This document shows positions 19,908 to 30,051 of a stretch of 64,000 nt of DNA, in pieces; position 1 is the stretch's first letter, and the number at the start of each line of letters is the position of its first letter. The position numbers were made by a program, and so were the translations under genes. The notes below the pieces were generated by a model. The model had not been told where the DNA came from. It did not search any database and saw nothing but the letters and a program-made list of their open reading frames with translations. The stretch is from Nitrosopumilus sp. (lineage in GTDB: Archaea > Thermoproteota > Nitrososphaeria > Nitrososphaerales > Nitrosopumilaceae): positions 960,001 through 1,024,000 of the forward strand of contig OZ241857.1 in NCBI GenBank assembly GCA_965203315.1, given 5' to 3'.

Positions 19908-20369
19908 CTAAGGAAGTGTCTGCGTGTCATTAAATAATTTCAGTATATTGTACTCGAATTCGTCAAGAATTTCTTCTGCTTGATTCTGATTCAACACATC
20001 ACAGTGGTGAGCATAGTCACTTAATTCACGATACATTTTATTGATTTTTTCTTCATATTGTTCCATATCATTATTATGGATTGTTTTTTGTCGATTCCTA
20101 AATTTTTTTGCATTTTCTACAACACATTTTCCTCTATTATGTCTAACTACACTATATTCTATATCTAACCCGTCAACATGATGTTTAGCAAGAAGTTCGA
20201 TCATTTCTCTTAATGAATGGGCAAAATGTACTGTTCTTTCATCATAATCATCCATTTCAAACAACACATGTCTTGCTCCCACATATACACCATTTATGAT
20301 CTTTCCCTTATACGGAATAGTTTCTAGTATATTTGATATAATATCACAACTAGATACTTTTACATTCAT
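19908..20369 (-). CDS. HEPN-like / predicted nuclease-domain protein (possible N-terminal fragment)
   Basis: YVGARHVL...ERTVHFAHSLREMIELL and YRELSDYAHH resemble HEPN-type helical nuclease domains. Confidence 0.5.
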   Translation of the reverse strand: MNVKVSSCDIISNILETIPYKGKIINGVYVGARHVLFEMDDYDERTVHFAHSLREMIELLAKHHVDGLDIEYSVVRHNRGKCVVENAKKFRNRQKTIHNNDMEQYEEKINKMYRELSDYAHHCDVLNQNQAEEILDEFEYNILKLFNDTQTLP

Positions 20370-20414
20370 TTGTTATTTTTCATTATTGGATTATTTAAAG
20401 ATTTTATACAAGAA

Positions 20415-20528
20415 GGATCTTTTCGATTTACATGAATTGCGTTTCACGAGACTTTTTTCTAAAAATGTCCCCATAAAATTTCTGTATTTTTCTGTAAAAA
20501 TTCTATCCCACGTAAATCGAAAAGATCC
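20415..20528. mobile_element. MITE family A (114 bp)
   Basis: Perfect 17-bp TIRs GGATCTTTTCGATTTAC...GTAAATCGAAAAGATCC, identical to the left end of the IS at 57539. Confidence 0.9.
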
Positions 20529-20895
20529 AATGTTGACAAATCCGGTCCAATTTAAAAGAATCCAAATTTAATACTAGATAGACACAACTAGAAACCAACA
20601 TGTCATTACACAAATGAGATCTTTGCAAACCAATGAATTGACTGTCAAGCATAAGACAGAACTTGACACATGTATGATAGCTGATTATGTCCTATATTTA
20701 CGAAATCATAGTCATAACAACTACATGTGCAAGATCATCACAAGACTTCAAATTTACATTCGCCAAAAGACAATCCAAAAAAGATCAGTATTGGTGATCT
20801 AGAAAAGAGAATGTCATCTCAGATTAGGAAGTAGAATCTACTTGTGACGTATAACCATATCAGTAAATAACCCCCCACGAATTACATCAACAGAG

Positions 20896-22629
20896 ATGTG
20901 TTCGATAATTGGATACTATGGCAAGTCGATAGCTGCGCCGATTCTAGTAAAGAGCCTCAAGCGGATGGAGTATCGCGGATACGACAGTGTTGGTGTTGCA
21001 ACAAAGGATGACGCCATACATCTAAGAAAAGGGACAGGAAACGTCAATGATGTAAATTCAAGACTCAACCTAGATGTACTGCCAGGCAAGATAGGAATAG
21101 GGCATACCAGATGGGCCACACATGGCAAGGTAACAGATACAAACGCTCATCCACATGCAAGCAACTCTAGCAAGATAGCTCTTGTACATAACGGCAAGAT
21201 AGACAACTTTGAACAGCTGCGAGACGAGTTGATACAAGACGGCTATACGTTTGAGAGTGAGACCGATACCGAAGTGATAGTAAATCTGTTGCAGAGAAAT
21301 TATACAGGAGACATCAAAGCGGCACTAACCGCTACTGTAGACAGACTAGAAGGAGAGTATGCATTTGTTGCAATGTTTGAAGACGGTCAACTAGCAGCTG
21401 CAAGATTGCATGCTCCACTAGTGATCGGTCTTGCAAAAGATGCTGTCTTTTTATCTAGCGACGTGCTAGGATTCATCGAGCATACAGACAATGTGATATA
21501 CATTGAGAATAGAAACTTTGTAATCATAAACGATGATATCGAGATACTAGACTTTGATGGAAACAAGGTTGATCATGCAGTAACAAAGATATCAAAAGAG
21601 TTTGGTGATGCGTACAAGGACGACTATGCACACTTTACATTAAAAGAGATATACGAACAACCAGATACTGTAATCAGAGCAGTCAATCACGATACAGCAA
21701 TTACAGCAGCGCTGCCACATATTACATCTGCCAAGAACATCTACATCACTGGTAGTGGCAGTAGTTATAATGCATCTCTGGTTGCAAAGCAGGTGTTTGC
21801 AAAATATGCCAAGATTAGAGTCGAGACGATAATGTCAAGTGAGGTGCAGTTTGCAGTCGAGATGATCGAGCCAGACTCGGTACTTGTTGCAATCTCACAG
21901 AGTGGTGAGAGTGCAGATGTACTAGAAGCAGTAAGGATAGCAAAGGAGAACAACTGCAAGATAATCAGCATAGTCAATGTATTGACGTCATCGCTTGCTC
22001 GCGAGTCTGACATCGTAATAGCAATGAACTGTGGCCCAGAGATTGGTGTAGCAGCAACAAAGAGTTTTACATCTCAACTAGCTATACTGTACACTATTGC
22101 TCAAGAGATATCTGACAGTCTAATCTTGGATACAAAACAGATATCACAAAATATCTCAAAGACTCTAGATGCGCCAGATAATATCAAAGAGATAGCAGGT
22201 CATCTCAAACATATATCAGATATTTATGTACTAGGACGAGGGATACACTATCCCATAGCTATAGAAGCAGCGCTAAAACTCAAAGAGATCACGTATATTC
22301 ATGCCGAAGGTATACCAGGTGGTGAGTTGAAACACGGTCCTCTTGCGTTGATCGATGAGAACGTCTTTGTTATAGTCATAAACCCCAACGATACAACATA
22401 CAACGATACAGCAACTAGTACTCGAGAGATAAAGGCGAGAGGAGCAAAGATCATAGGCATATCTGATGTGTACAGCGACATGTATGATTATTGGATAGAG
22501 ATTCCAAATAGCGAGTATACGATATGTGAGATTGTTCCGTTACAGTTGTTGTCGTATTATATTGCACTAGAAAAGGATGCAGATCCTGACTATCCTAGAA
22601 ACCTAGCAAAGTCGGTTACGGTAAAGTGA
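20896..22629 (+). CDS. glmS: Glutamine--fructose-6-phosphate aminotransferase
   Basis: N-terminal Cys (MCSIIG), EYRGYDS, GHTRWATHG, SQSGES, AATKSF and PRNLAKSVTV. Confidence 0.97.
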   Translation: MCSIIGYYGKSIAAPILVKSLKRMEYRGYDSVGVATKDDAIHLRKGTGNVNDVNSRLNLDVLPGKIGIGHTRWATHGKVTDTNAHPHASNSSKIALVHNGKIDNFEQLRDELIQDGYTFESETDTEVIVNLLQRNYTGDIKAALTATVDRLEGEYAFVAMFEDGQLAAARLHAPLVIGLAKDAVFLSSDVLGFIEHTDNVIYIENRNFVIINDDIEILDFDGNKVDHAVTKISKEFGDAYKDDYAHFTLKEIYEQPDTVIRAVNHDTAITAALPHITSAKNIYITGSGSSYNASLVAKQVFAKYAKIRVETIMSSEVQFAVEMIEPDSVLVAISQSGESADVLEAVRIAKENNCKIISIVNVLTSSLARESDIVIAMNCGPEIGVAATKSFTSQLAILYTIAQEISDSLILDTKQISQNISKTLDAPDNIKEIAGHLKHISDIYVLGRGIHYPIAIEAALKLKEITYIHAEGIPGGELKHGPLALIDENVFVIVINPNDTTYNDTATSTREIKARGAKIIGISDVYSDMYDYWIEIPNSEYTICEIVPLQLLSYYIALEKDADPDYPRNLAKSVTVK

Positions 22630-23686
22630 GTCGAATGTATTCGTCTCGAATTCGCTCTAGTAGCTGATCTCTAGATATACCAGACTTTAGCATGGATGAT
22701 ATGATACAGCCGCCTGCTCCTACTCCCTCTTTTGCAAACCCATCTGCAAATGCGTGCAGTCCGGGTATCTTTGAACGGTCTAGTTGAGGATCGACAGATA
22801 CTGCGGTTCCGCCTATATCTGTTATAATATCGACAAAGTTTGCAGTGTTATCTTGTACAACATATGACGTGGTTCCGATTATAGATCTGGTCTTGTTGAA
22901 TCCAATGTGTGTTGCAAATGCTAGAACAGCCGCCATCTGCGTTCCACCTGCAAGTATAACACTAGATATCTCTGATGCCGTACTTAGCATTCCTGCAACA
23001 AACGGGATCATGGGATCGCCTGCTGCAGCAACCACAGCGTACGGGTCTTTAGAGTCTAGTCTAGATAGTGCCAAGCGTACTGTGTCATCTTTGAGTTTGG
23101 ATGGATTGTTGGGGCTGGTAGAGCTGACCCGTGCATCATCAAGTCCAAGTCCTTGCATTACACCCAACGCAGTCGTCGTGCCACCAGGAATAGACTCGCC
23201 GATCACTAGACAGTCTGTAACAGACGCGAGCATTCTGCCCACTATTCGTCCATAGTCTACAGCATGCGTTACATCTGAGATGGTCATGGCAGGACTTGTT
23301 GCAATGTTGTTACCTGGTTTGAGACCGGTCTCGATGTATGGCAGTTGTGGTAGAATCCTACTACCGGCGTTTATCGTAACATGTGGGATACTTGCTGACT
23401 CTAGGGCAGACTTTGTCAAGAGGGCAGGAGTAGGCTTGCCATCAGGCGTCATCGGAATTCCGTCGATGCTCTTACAGTATCCATAATGGAGATACTCGGC
23501 GTCTGCAGGTGGTGTATACCTCATCATCTCTGAACTAGAACCGGCTATCGTTATGCCAGGAATCTCTGCAGTATACGTATATGATATTACAAACGCAAAT
23601 AGTGATCTGGCAGACCTTGTGTCTTTTAGAAACTGTCTGGCAATATCTTGATCTCCTATTATATCAAACTCTTCGATCGACATCAA
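22616..23686 (-). CDS. cobT: Archaeal CobT-type nicotinate-mononucleotide phosphoribosyltransferase
   Basis: TPPADAE, PTPALLT, GESIPGGTTTA, LAGGTQM and KEGVGAGG. Confidence 0.85.
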   Translation of the reverse strand: MMSIEEFDIIGDQDIARQFLKDTRSARSLFAFVISYTYTAEIPGITIAGSSSEMMRYTPPADAEYLHYGYCKSIDGIPMTPDGKPTPALLTKSALESASIPHVTINAGSRILPQLPYIETGLKPGNNIATSPAMTISDVTHAVDYGRIVGRMLASVTDCLVIGESIPGGTTTALGVMQGLGLDDARVSSTSPNNPSKLKDDTVRLALSRLDSKDPYAVVAAAGDPMIPFVAGMLSTASEISSVILAGGTQMAAVLAFATHIGFNKTRSIIGTTSYVVQDNTANFVDIITDIGGTAVSVDPQLDRSKIPGLHAFADGFAKEGVGAGGCIISSMLKSGISRDQLLERIRDEYIRLTLP

Positions 23687-24291
23687 CCCATCATCTGTAC
23701 AAACTCTTGTTCGGTTCTCTTTTGCATAACTGGATTTGTATCTTTCTGGTGTGATATTGTGGATGTTGGTGTACTACCATAGTTGTGTCCAGGGTATATC
23801 ACCAAAGAGTCATCTAGGGTGTACAGTACATCAAATATACTATGATACAGCTGGCTAGCACTACCTCCAGGTAGATCAACTCTACCACATGTTCCAACAA
23901 AGATCGTATCACCTACAAAGATCTTGCCATCACCTACAAGACAGATACTATCAGCAGAGTGTCCAGGGGTGTACAGTACAGTCAGTTTAGAGTTGCCAAA
24001 GGTTATCGTGTCTCTGTCGTTTACGGATATGTCGTGGTATAGTTCGGATGTCTTGTATTGAATTATCTTGGCACCTGTCTGTTGTACAATACCTTCGTTG
24101 CCCACGGTGTGATCAAAGTGATGATGTGTGTTTATTATGTATAGAACTTGGAGATTATTCTGTTGGATGACTGTTTGTAATTTATCTAGATCCCATGACG
24201 GATCTATAATCACAGCAGTATCTGTATCTTCATCTTGTAGTATGTAAGTAAAATTTTGCATCTGACCTACTGAGATCTGGTATACCTTCAT
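23683..24291 (-). CDS. Metallo-beta-lactamase-fold hydrolase (glyoxalase II-like)
   Basis: THHHFDH, TPGHS, GDT and PGH motifs. Confidence 0.92.
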   Translation of the reverse strand: MKVYQISVGQMQNFTYILQDEDTDTAVIIDPSWDLDKLQTVIQQNNLQVLYIINTHHHFDHTVGNEGIVQQTGAKIIQYKTSELYHDISVNDRDTITFGNSKLTVLYTPGHSADSICLVGDGKIFVGDTIFVGTCGRVDLPGGSASQLYHSIFDVLYTLDDSLVIYPGHNYGSTPTSTISHQKDTNPVMQKRTEQEFVQMMG

Positions 24292-24926
24292 AGTATCCCC
24301 TCCTCTGCTTCTGGGGGAATGCCAATCTTTGCTACATGAACGATACCTGTCAGATCTGGTCGTTTTGGGATACCTTGTTTCATCTTGTGAAATGTTACCG
24401 TCATGTCACATATAGTATGGATATTTGCTGTATCGCCTGTCTGCGGATCCATACCCGACGGAACATCGAGTGCGAGTTTGAAACATGGTGTGTCGTTGAT
24501 GTATTTTATTGCGGTATAGTAGGGCTCCCGAATTGTACCTGTTATGCCTGTACCCAAGAGTGCATCAACTAGAATATCAGGTGTGTCTGGAGGTATGTCA
24601 ACAGATAGGCGAACAGATGGCATCTTGGATAGAATATCATAGTTCCATCTACACTCTTGTGTCTTTATTGCAGCGTATCCGGCAGGCATCATCACAGTGG
24701 TATCTACATGATATCCAGCAAGGTGACGTGCTACAACTAGACCGTCTCCCCCATTGTTGCCAGAACCGGCAAAGATGTACACTCGTTTAGATGATATGTC
24801 GGGTATTGCATCAACAAGATATCTGGTGGCTGCTGCTCCGGCGTTCTCCATCATAAATTTCTTCAAGAACCCCATCTCATGCCCTTTGTTCTCGATATTA
24901 TACATTTGATCTACGGTGATCTCCAT
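24288..24926 (-). CDS. nnrE: NAD(P)H-hydrate epimerase (YjeF N-terminal)
   Basis: MENAG, GNNGGDG, DALLGTG and DVPSG. Confidence 0.92.
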   Translation of the reverse strand: MEITVDQMYNIENKGHEMGFLKKFMMENAGAAATRYLVDAIPDISSKRVYIFAGSGNNGGDGLVVARHLAGYHVDTTVMMPAGYAAIKTQECRWNYDILSKMPSVRLSVDIPPDTPDILVDALLGTGITGTIREPYYTAIKYINDTPCFKLALDVPSGMDPQTGDTANIHTICDMTVTFHKMKQGIPKRPDLTGIVHVAKIGIPPEAEEGIL

Positions 24927-25147
24927 ATGTGATACTTGGATATCTAAAATAAGAGTTTACGTTTTTGTGATTGTATTGTACATGTATACGTGTGTGTAGT
25001 ATATCTGTATAGTTTGTAGACTGTATGTAGATGTGATCAATCTTGCCAATTTAGAATAAAGCGTCTATAGAACAAAAGCATATTTTGTGTATCATATTTG
25101 GTATATCGTATTTGGTATGTCATATCGTGTATCAAACTTGGTATCAA

Positions 25148-25816
25148 TCAGAATCTCGTGTATTCAAAACTCTCATCACTGCTAAACATACGAATATTAT
25201 CAAAGTCTTCTTCAATATCTGTTTTGAGATCTGCAAAGTCTGAATAATCGGTATAAATTACAACTCGACTTCGATTGGACAAATACATACAGAATGCCAG
25301 TATCATACTAGTGTACCCACAATTTATCAATAAGAGCAATATATCGTCTACAGATCTAGTGTTCATGTACGTCTCCTCTGATGCCATTGAAAGTTTTTCT
25401 ATCTGGGCAAATTTCTCCACGATAGGTTCCGACATATAGCTATCTGCTAGCTCTAGTGGCCATTGAAACTCGTCATAGTCACATCCACCACGTCTGAGAT
25501 CTGCGATTACTTTACCATCATATTTTTTATACAAATTCCTCCATGCACGTTCGTACTGTAAATCTGAAATTTTGGCGGACAGGGTACTGTCAAAACTGTT
25601 GTGTATGGGACCACATATTCGTATTTGATCATTATCGTGTACGGTATCAATCATTGCGACTAGATCTGGATCAAGTTGCTCCATTTTAAAGCGAGGAATC
25701 ATCTTGTTTAGTGATGAAGCACAATACTTCATCATTACGTTTACATCTAGTACCATACAAAAGTCATCTTGCGCTGCGTCCTTTAACAAATTTCGAATGT
25801 TTCTCTGTCTAGACAT
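25148..25816 (-). CDS. Hypothetical protein with PIN-like acidic motifs
   Basis: MVLDVNVMM near the N-terminus, SVDD, and IYTDYSDF near the C-terminus. Confidence 0.5.
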   Translation of the reverse strand: MSRQRNIRNLLKDAAQDDFCMVLDVNVMMKYCASSLNKMIPRFKMEQLDPDLVAMIDTVHDNDQIRICGPIHNSFDSTLSAKISDLQYERAWRNLYKKYDGKVIADLRRGGCDYDEFQWPLELADSYMSEPIVEKFAQIEKLSMASEETYMNTRSVDDILLLLINCGYTSMILAFCMYLSNRSRVVIYTDYSDFADLKTDIEEDFDNIRMFSSDESFEYTRF

Positions 25817-25896
25817 ATTTAAAGTTGTAAACTTGCCCTATTTCTAACTTTTTGTACTCTAGTTGTGGGATATAGTAAGGTCGCAGTACAATAAAT

Positions 25897-25980
25897 TCTC
25901 AACTTGTCAATAGCAGTTTTAGAGCAGACTTTTTAAAAATCTTGACTCAGTTCTTTTAGTCTAGATACGATTGGTTGAGA
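25897..25980. mobile_element. Degenerate MITE family D copy
   Basis: TCTCAACTTGT...GGTTGAGA ends; internal TTTTTAAAAATCTTG is similar to the reverse complement of 13203-13318. Confidence 0.4.
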
Positions 25981-26152
25981 TTGAGGTGATATGATATCGG
26001 TGCGCATTATTCAACTTGACGATAGCTGTAACAACGATAAGTTACAATATACAAAAATGATCAGCCCTCACCAACATAATCTCTTTGTTCATGTACCTAC
26101 AAGACCCGACTCCATACAAATCATCCATTGTCAGATAAAATAACTCCTCATA

Positions 26153-26980
26153 CTATTGATCTTTGTATGGTGCGCATCTAGATTCCTGAAAATCATCCAG
26201 AATGAGACTGGGCCTATAAGCTTCTGGAAATGTACATAGAAACCAATCAGGTATATCTAGATCAACTAGGTCAATAGAATATTTTATCACTTGTGGATAG
26301 TCACACGATACATTATTCCTGAGATAGCCATCCACATGATGAAACGCATAAACCTGCTTGTCATCAATCTCACCTAGACCCATATACTTTAAAATATTGA
26401 CAAATGGTTTATCATAAAACTCTTTATCGAGATATGGTCGGGCATACCCATATGACTCCTGTACACCAATAGTCGAATTGTTAAGAAAGGCATTGTAAAG
26501 ACGATTACATCCCTCTTCATCAGGATCATTGTTACAGTTATTTTCAAAATACTTTTCGTCTGCGATATATGATAGCGTAGGAGCATCAATAGCATTCTTT
26601 AATTCTTCATAGCTGGGAATTATATGTACTGTCTCATTACCATAATCTTCTCGCATACACGATATAACAAAGGTTTGACCCACCTTGATGTTTTGAACAT
26701 GTGTAAAGTTTAATCCATCATAGGTCATGTATTTAGTATTTGGTCTAAACCCCACATCAATTGATCCGTCAGCTAAAAGTGTGATACTTTTCATAGTATA
26801 AAAATTAAAATCTTGGTTTTCAACGCGAGGATAATGAAAGTCAGCTACAACATAATCAATTAATGGATCTTTCATAGGAACAGTATATGTGTAATAGTTG
26901 TATATTGGCATAGGAATAGTGATGCACATGATAGTAGCTATAGCAACTGATAGCAATATGACAACAGTTCTGTATTTCAT
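26153..26980 (-). CDS. Orphan membrane-anchored hypothetical protein
   Basis: N-terminal TM helix, several Cys, Tyr/Asp-rich. Confidence 0.7.
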   Translation of the reverse strand: MKYRTVVILLSVAIATIMCITIPMPIYNYYTYTVPMKDPLIDYVVADFHYPRVENQDFNFYTMKSITLLADGSIDVGFRPNTKYMTYDGLNFTHVQNIKVGQTFVISCMREDYGNETVHIIPSYEELKNAIDAPTLSYIADEKYFENNCNNDPDEEGCNRLYNAFLNNSTIGVQESYGYARPYLDKEFYDKPFVNILKYMGLGEIDDKQVYAFHHVDGYLRNNVSCDYPQVIKYSIDLVDLDIPDWFLCTFPEAYRPSLILDDFQESRCAPYKDQ

Positions 26981-27002
26981 AGTAAATCCACAAAGACATT
27001 AT

Positions 27003-27096
27003 AGACTGTATGCGTATTTCTTACATCATACTCACGTATAATACAAAATACTGGACTAGCTAGAATAATTGTAATCGGTACGACGATTATAGGCAC
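27003..27096 (-). mobile_element. Decayed MITE family C copy (inverted)
   Basis: AGACTGTATGCGTATTTCTTACATCATA is the exact reverse complement of 11694-11721; patchy similarity continues (TAATTGT.ATCG, GGCAC). Confidence 0.7.
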
Positions 27097-27133
27097 AAAC
27101 AAAAATAGAAAATAAGGGTTAGAAAGTATCATA

Positions 27134-27361
27134 CTAACGACACATCACACACGTATACCAGACCAGTCTTGGCCGTTGACAGTTGATTATTTCTGAATTT
27201 GGTTCATTTTCATATATCTGGCATAAAGAGCAATTTTCAGATATTGCTTTACGAAACGATTCATCATTACAATCTCTAGCGACCCCAGATGCATCCATGT
27301 TGGCAAAAACATATGGTTGGTTAGCAGATGAATGCCATCCGACAACTTGCATCTTGTTCAT
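27134..27361 (-). CDS. Possible small Cys-rich hypothetical protein
   Basis: 75-aa ORF with six Cys; TTTATA about 65 nt away on the opposite strand and no other support. Confidence 0.3.
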   Translation of the reverse strand: MNKMQVVGWHSSANQPYVFANMDASGVARDCNDESFRKAISENCSLCQIYENEPNSEIINCQRPRLVWYTCVMCR

Positions 27362-27770
27362 GTTACTAGTTGTTGTATGGCTTATTTACTATATATGAGA
27401 GACGTGTCTATGATACGCAATGCTTTATACAAGTATCAAAATTAACTCTATTTACTAGATAAACGTCAACGGATAACAAACTTGTGAATCTTTGTTAGAA
27501 AGCATTCGGCAATGCGTACAGCAAGACCCCATAACAAAAACGAGAGGATTGAGTTTATTCTAACCATCAAAAATTTACAATATTCAACACGTATTCCACA
27601 ATATTATTACACAATTTTAAGAATATGTGCAGTCTAGATACTAGCACATATTGTAGAGCCTTTCATTCACTATATTTATGCATAAATTATAAACTATCAA
27701 TTCACCAATATCAGACAAAGCAGTAATAAGTGTGCAAAAACCTTTATCACGAATATTATTCAAGTATTGT

Positions 27771-28388
27771 ATGTCGCTAGATCGTGTCAAGTCATCACTC
27801 GAAGAGATATCGAGATCCCTAGACGATACACAAGATAGACGTGAAGAATTGATAAAGAGTTCACGCGAGATAGTCGTCTTGTGCAGTAAGGCCATATCTG
27901 CTGTACATCGGATGGAACTAGAGTTAGCATTACAAAATACAGAGAGATCGGCTGTACTCATAAAACATCTACGAACAAGAGTCAGAGGAGATCTCGCAAG
28001 ACAGTTGTTGGTACCAGAACAAGAGTATGTAGAGGCGATGGCACTTGTCGCTATATCTCAAAACGATACAATTCCATCGCATAGAGATCTGGATGTATCT
28101 GAAGAGGCATATGTACTAGGACTGCTAGACTGTGTAGGCGAGTTGAAGCGAATGACCCTAGATCATCTACGAAGAGACGCGTCCGATGCTGCAATACAGA
28201 CATTTGAGACTATGGAGACACTGTACCAAGAGTTGTATCATTTTTCCATATATGATAAAGTACTAAAGGAGGTTCGACGCAAGATAGACGTGAATCGCAG
28301 TCTAGTCGAGAGTGTCCGGAGTACAGTAACTGAAGAGATACGCCGTAACAAGTTTGTCGATAGACTTGGTGCGGGCGATGGGATTTGA
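27771..28388 (+). CDS. Translin-family RNA/DNA-binding protein
   Basis: REELIKSSREI, EQEYVEA, YVLGLLDCVGELKR and RRKID motifs; ATG 27771 preferred. Confidence 0.88.
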   Translation: MSLDRVKSSLEEISRSLDDTQDRREELIKSSREIVVLCSKAISAVHRMELELALQNTERSAVLIKHLRTRVRGDLARQLLVPEQEYVEAMALVAISQNDTIPSHRDLDVSEEAYVLGLLDCVGELKRMTLDHLRRDASDAAIQTFETMETLYQELYHFSIYDKVLKEVRRKIDVNRSLVESVRSTVTEEIRRNKFVDRLGAGDGI

Positions 28389-28454
28389 ACCCACGAACTC
28401 CTGAGAGACTAGCCCCTCAAGCTAGCGCCTTTGACCAGGCTGGGCGACACCCGC
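28367..28454 (-). tRNA. tRNA-Leu(GAG), intronless, with encoded CCA
   Basis: Reverse complement GCGGGTGTCGCCCAGCCTGGTCAAAGGCG-CTAGC-TTGAGGG-GCTAG-long variable arm-GTGGGTTCAAATCCCAT-CGCCCGCACCA. Confidence 0.96.
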
Positions 28455-28506
28455 AACGAAATCTGCCTGTATGGTTTTTATAATCCTTGATTACTGTGTC
28501 GATAGT

Positions 28507-28743
28507 ATGCTAATTCCTGTACGCTGCTTTACATGTGGAAATCTTATCGCAGACAAGTTTGAGAGTTATCAGAGTATGATAAAGGCAGAGCAAGATCCCT
28601 CAGAGGCTCTCGACTCTTTGGGAATTACCAGATACTGTTGTAGAAGGATGTTGTTGACTACGGTGGAGACCATTCAACAGATCATACCATTCTATGAAGC
28701 AATTAATCGGAGAAAGCAGCAAGTTCAATCTGAATTAGAGTAG
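28507..28743 (+). CDS. rpoN: DNA-directed RNA polymerase subunit N (Rpo10)
   Basis: MLIPVRCFTCG...RYCCRRMLL. Confidence 0.97.
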   Translation: MLIPVRCFTCGNLIADKFESYQSMIKAEQDPSEALDSLGITRYCCRRMLLTTVETIQQIIPFYEAINRRKQQVQSELE

Positions 28744-28745
28744 AC

Positions 28746-30047
28746 TTGGACCGTATCACCTCGATCAAAGGCAGAGTTGTGTATAACAGTCGTGGTAGCA
28801 AGACGGTAGAGATAGATGTTAGAGTCGGCGATGTGTTGGGTCGTGTATCTGCACCATCTGGTGCAAGTGTAGGAAGACACGAGGCAACCAGTTTACCAAA
28901 AGGAGCAGCAGATAGTATTGAAACACTACACAACAATGTAGCAAAGTTTGTCGGTCTCGATATAGCGGATCTCAAGTCGATTCATGATACCATTCGAGAT
29001 ATAGATGACACATCAAACTATTCAAAGATAGGTGGTGCAGTAGCATTTGCAGTAACTATTGCAGCTGCAGATGCGGCAGCCAAGATATCAGGTGTGCCAC
29101 TATTTGCTAGCATATCTGATGTACTCTCATCTGTATCAACTGGAACAGCAAATGTATCATCTAATGTATCATCAAGTGTATCAAGTACAGAAAAAAGATT
29201 CAGATTTCCATATCCATTGGGAAACATTCTAGGAGGTGGAGCTCATGCCGGGCCAGGTACTCCAGATATTCAAGAGATTCTAGTATGTGCTGTTGGAGCA
29301 GATAGTATTGAAGATGCAATATCCATAAACCTAGATGTACACAAAGAGTTGCGAAATATCATTCAGAGTCGAGACATCGAGTTTACAAACGGTAGAGGTG
29401 ATGAAGGCGGATGGGCGCCCAGAATGGACAACCAGACAGCACTAGAGGTATCAGCTCAAGCTTGCGAGAGTCTAGGGTATACACTAGGCCAAGAGGTGGC
29501 ATTTGGAGTCGACTTTGCAGCATCTACGCAGTGGGATGAAGAACAGTCCAAGTATGTGTATCAACGAGCAGGCTTTGAGAATACACCAGAGGAGCAGATC
29601 GACTTTGTGTCAGATATTATAAAACGATTCAAGTTGATATATGCAGAGGATGCTGTACACGAAGAAGCGTTTGCAGAGATGGCAGAGATTACATCAAAGT
29701 TTCCCGATGTGATGATCACAGGTGACGACCTAACCGTCACAAACAGTACAATACTAGACAGAGCGATATCACAGAGATCGTGTAATGCAGCAATACTAAA
29801 GGTCAATCAAGCAGGTAGTCTATACGACGCGTTACAGTTTGCAGACCATGCCAATCGACATGATATCCGTCTGATCACATCTCATCGCTCCGGCGAGTCT
29901 ACTGATGCACATATATCACATATTGGCATTGCGACAGGTAGCAAGATGTTAAAGGTAGGAGTGGTCGGTGGCGAACGAGTAGCAAAACTCAACGAGTTGT
30001 TACGTTTATCAGGGCATGATTTAATATGTGGCATGGCAGAGGTCTAG
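28746..30047 (+). CDS. eno: Enolase
   Basis: NSRG, APSGASVG, GDEGG, TGDDL, LKVNQAG, SHRSGES and ERVAKLNELL. Confidence 0.96.
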   Translation: MDRITSIKGRVVYNSRGSKTVEIDVRVGDVLGRVSAPSGASVGRHEATSLPKGAADSIETLHNNVAKFVGLDIADLKSIHDTIRDIDDTSNYSKIGGAVAFAVTIAAADAAAKISGVPLFASISDVLSSVSTGTANVSSNVSSSVSSTEKRFRFPYPLGNILGGGAHAGPGTPDIQEILVCAVGADSIEDAISINLDVHKELRNIIQSRDIEFTNGRGDEGGWAPRMDNQTALEVSAQACESLGYTLGQEVAFGVDFAASTQWDEEQSKYVYQRAGFENTPEEQIDFVSDIIKRFKLIYAEDAVHEEAFAEMAEITSKFPDVMITGDDLTVTNSTILDRAISQRSCNAAILKVNQAGSLYDALQFADHANRHDIRLITSHRSGESTDAHISHIGIATGSKMLKVGVVGGERVAKLNELLRLSGHDLICGMAEV

Positions 30048-30051
30048 AGTC

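Noticed and set aside
25148-28454. Integrative element anchored at tRNA-Leu
   Set aside because: No integrase and no duplicated tRNA 3' end found, and the core translin gene lies between the tRNA and the accessory genes.
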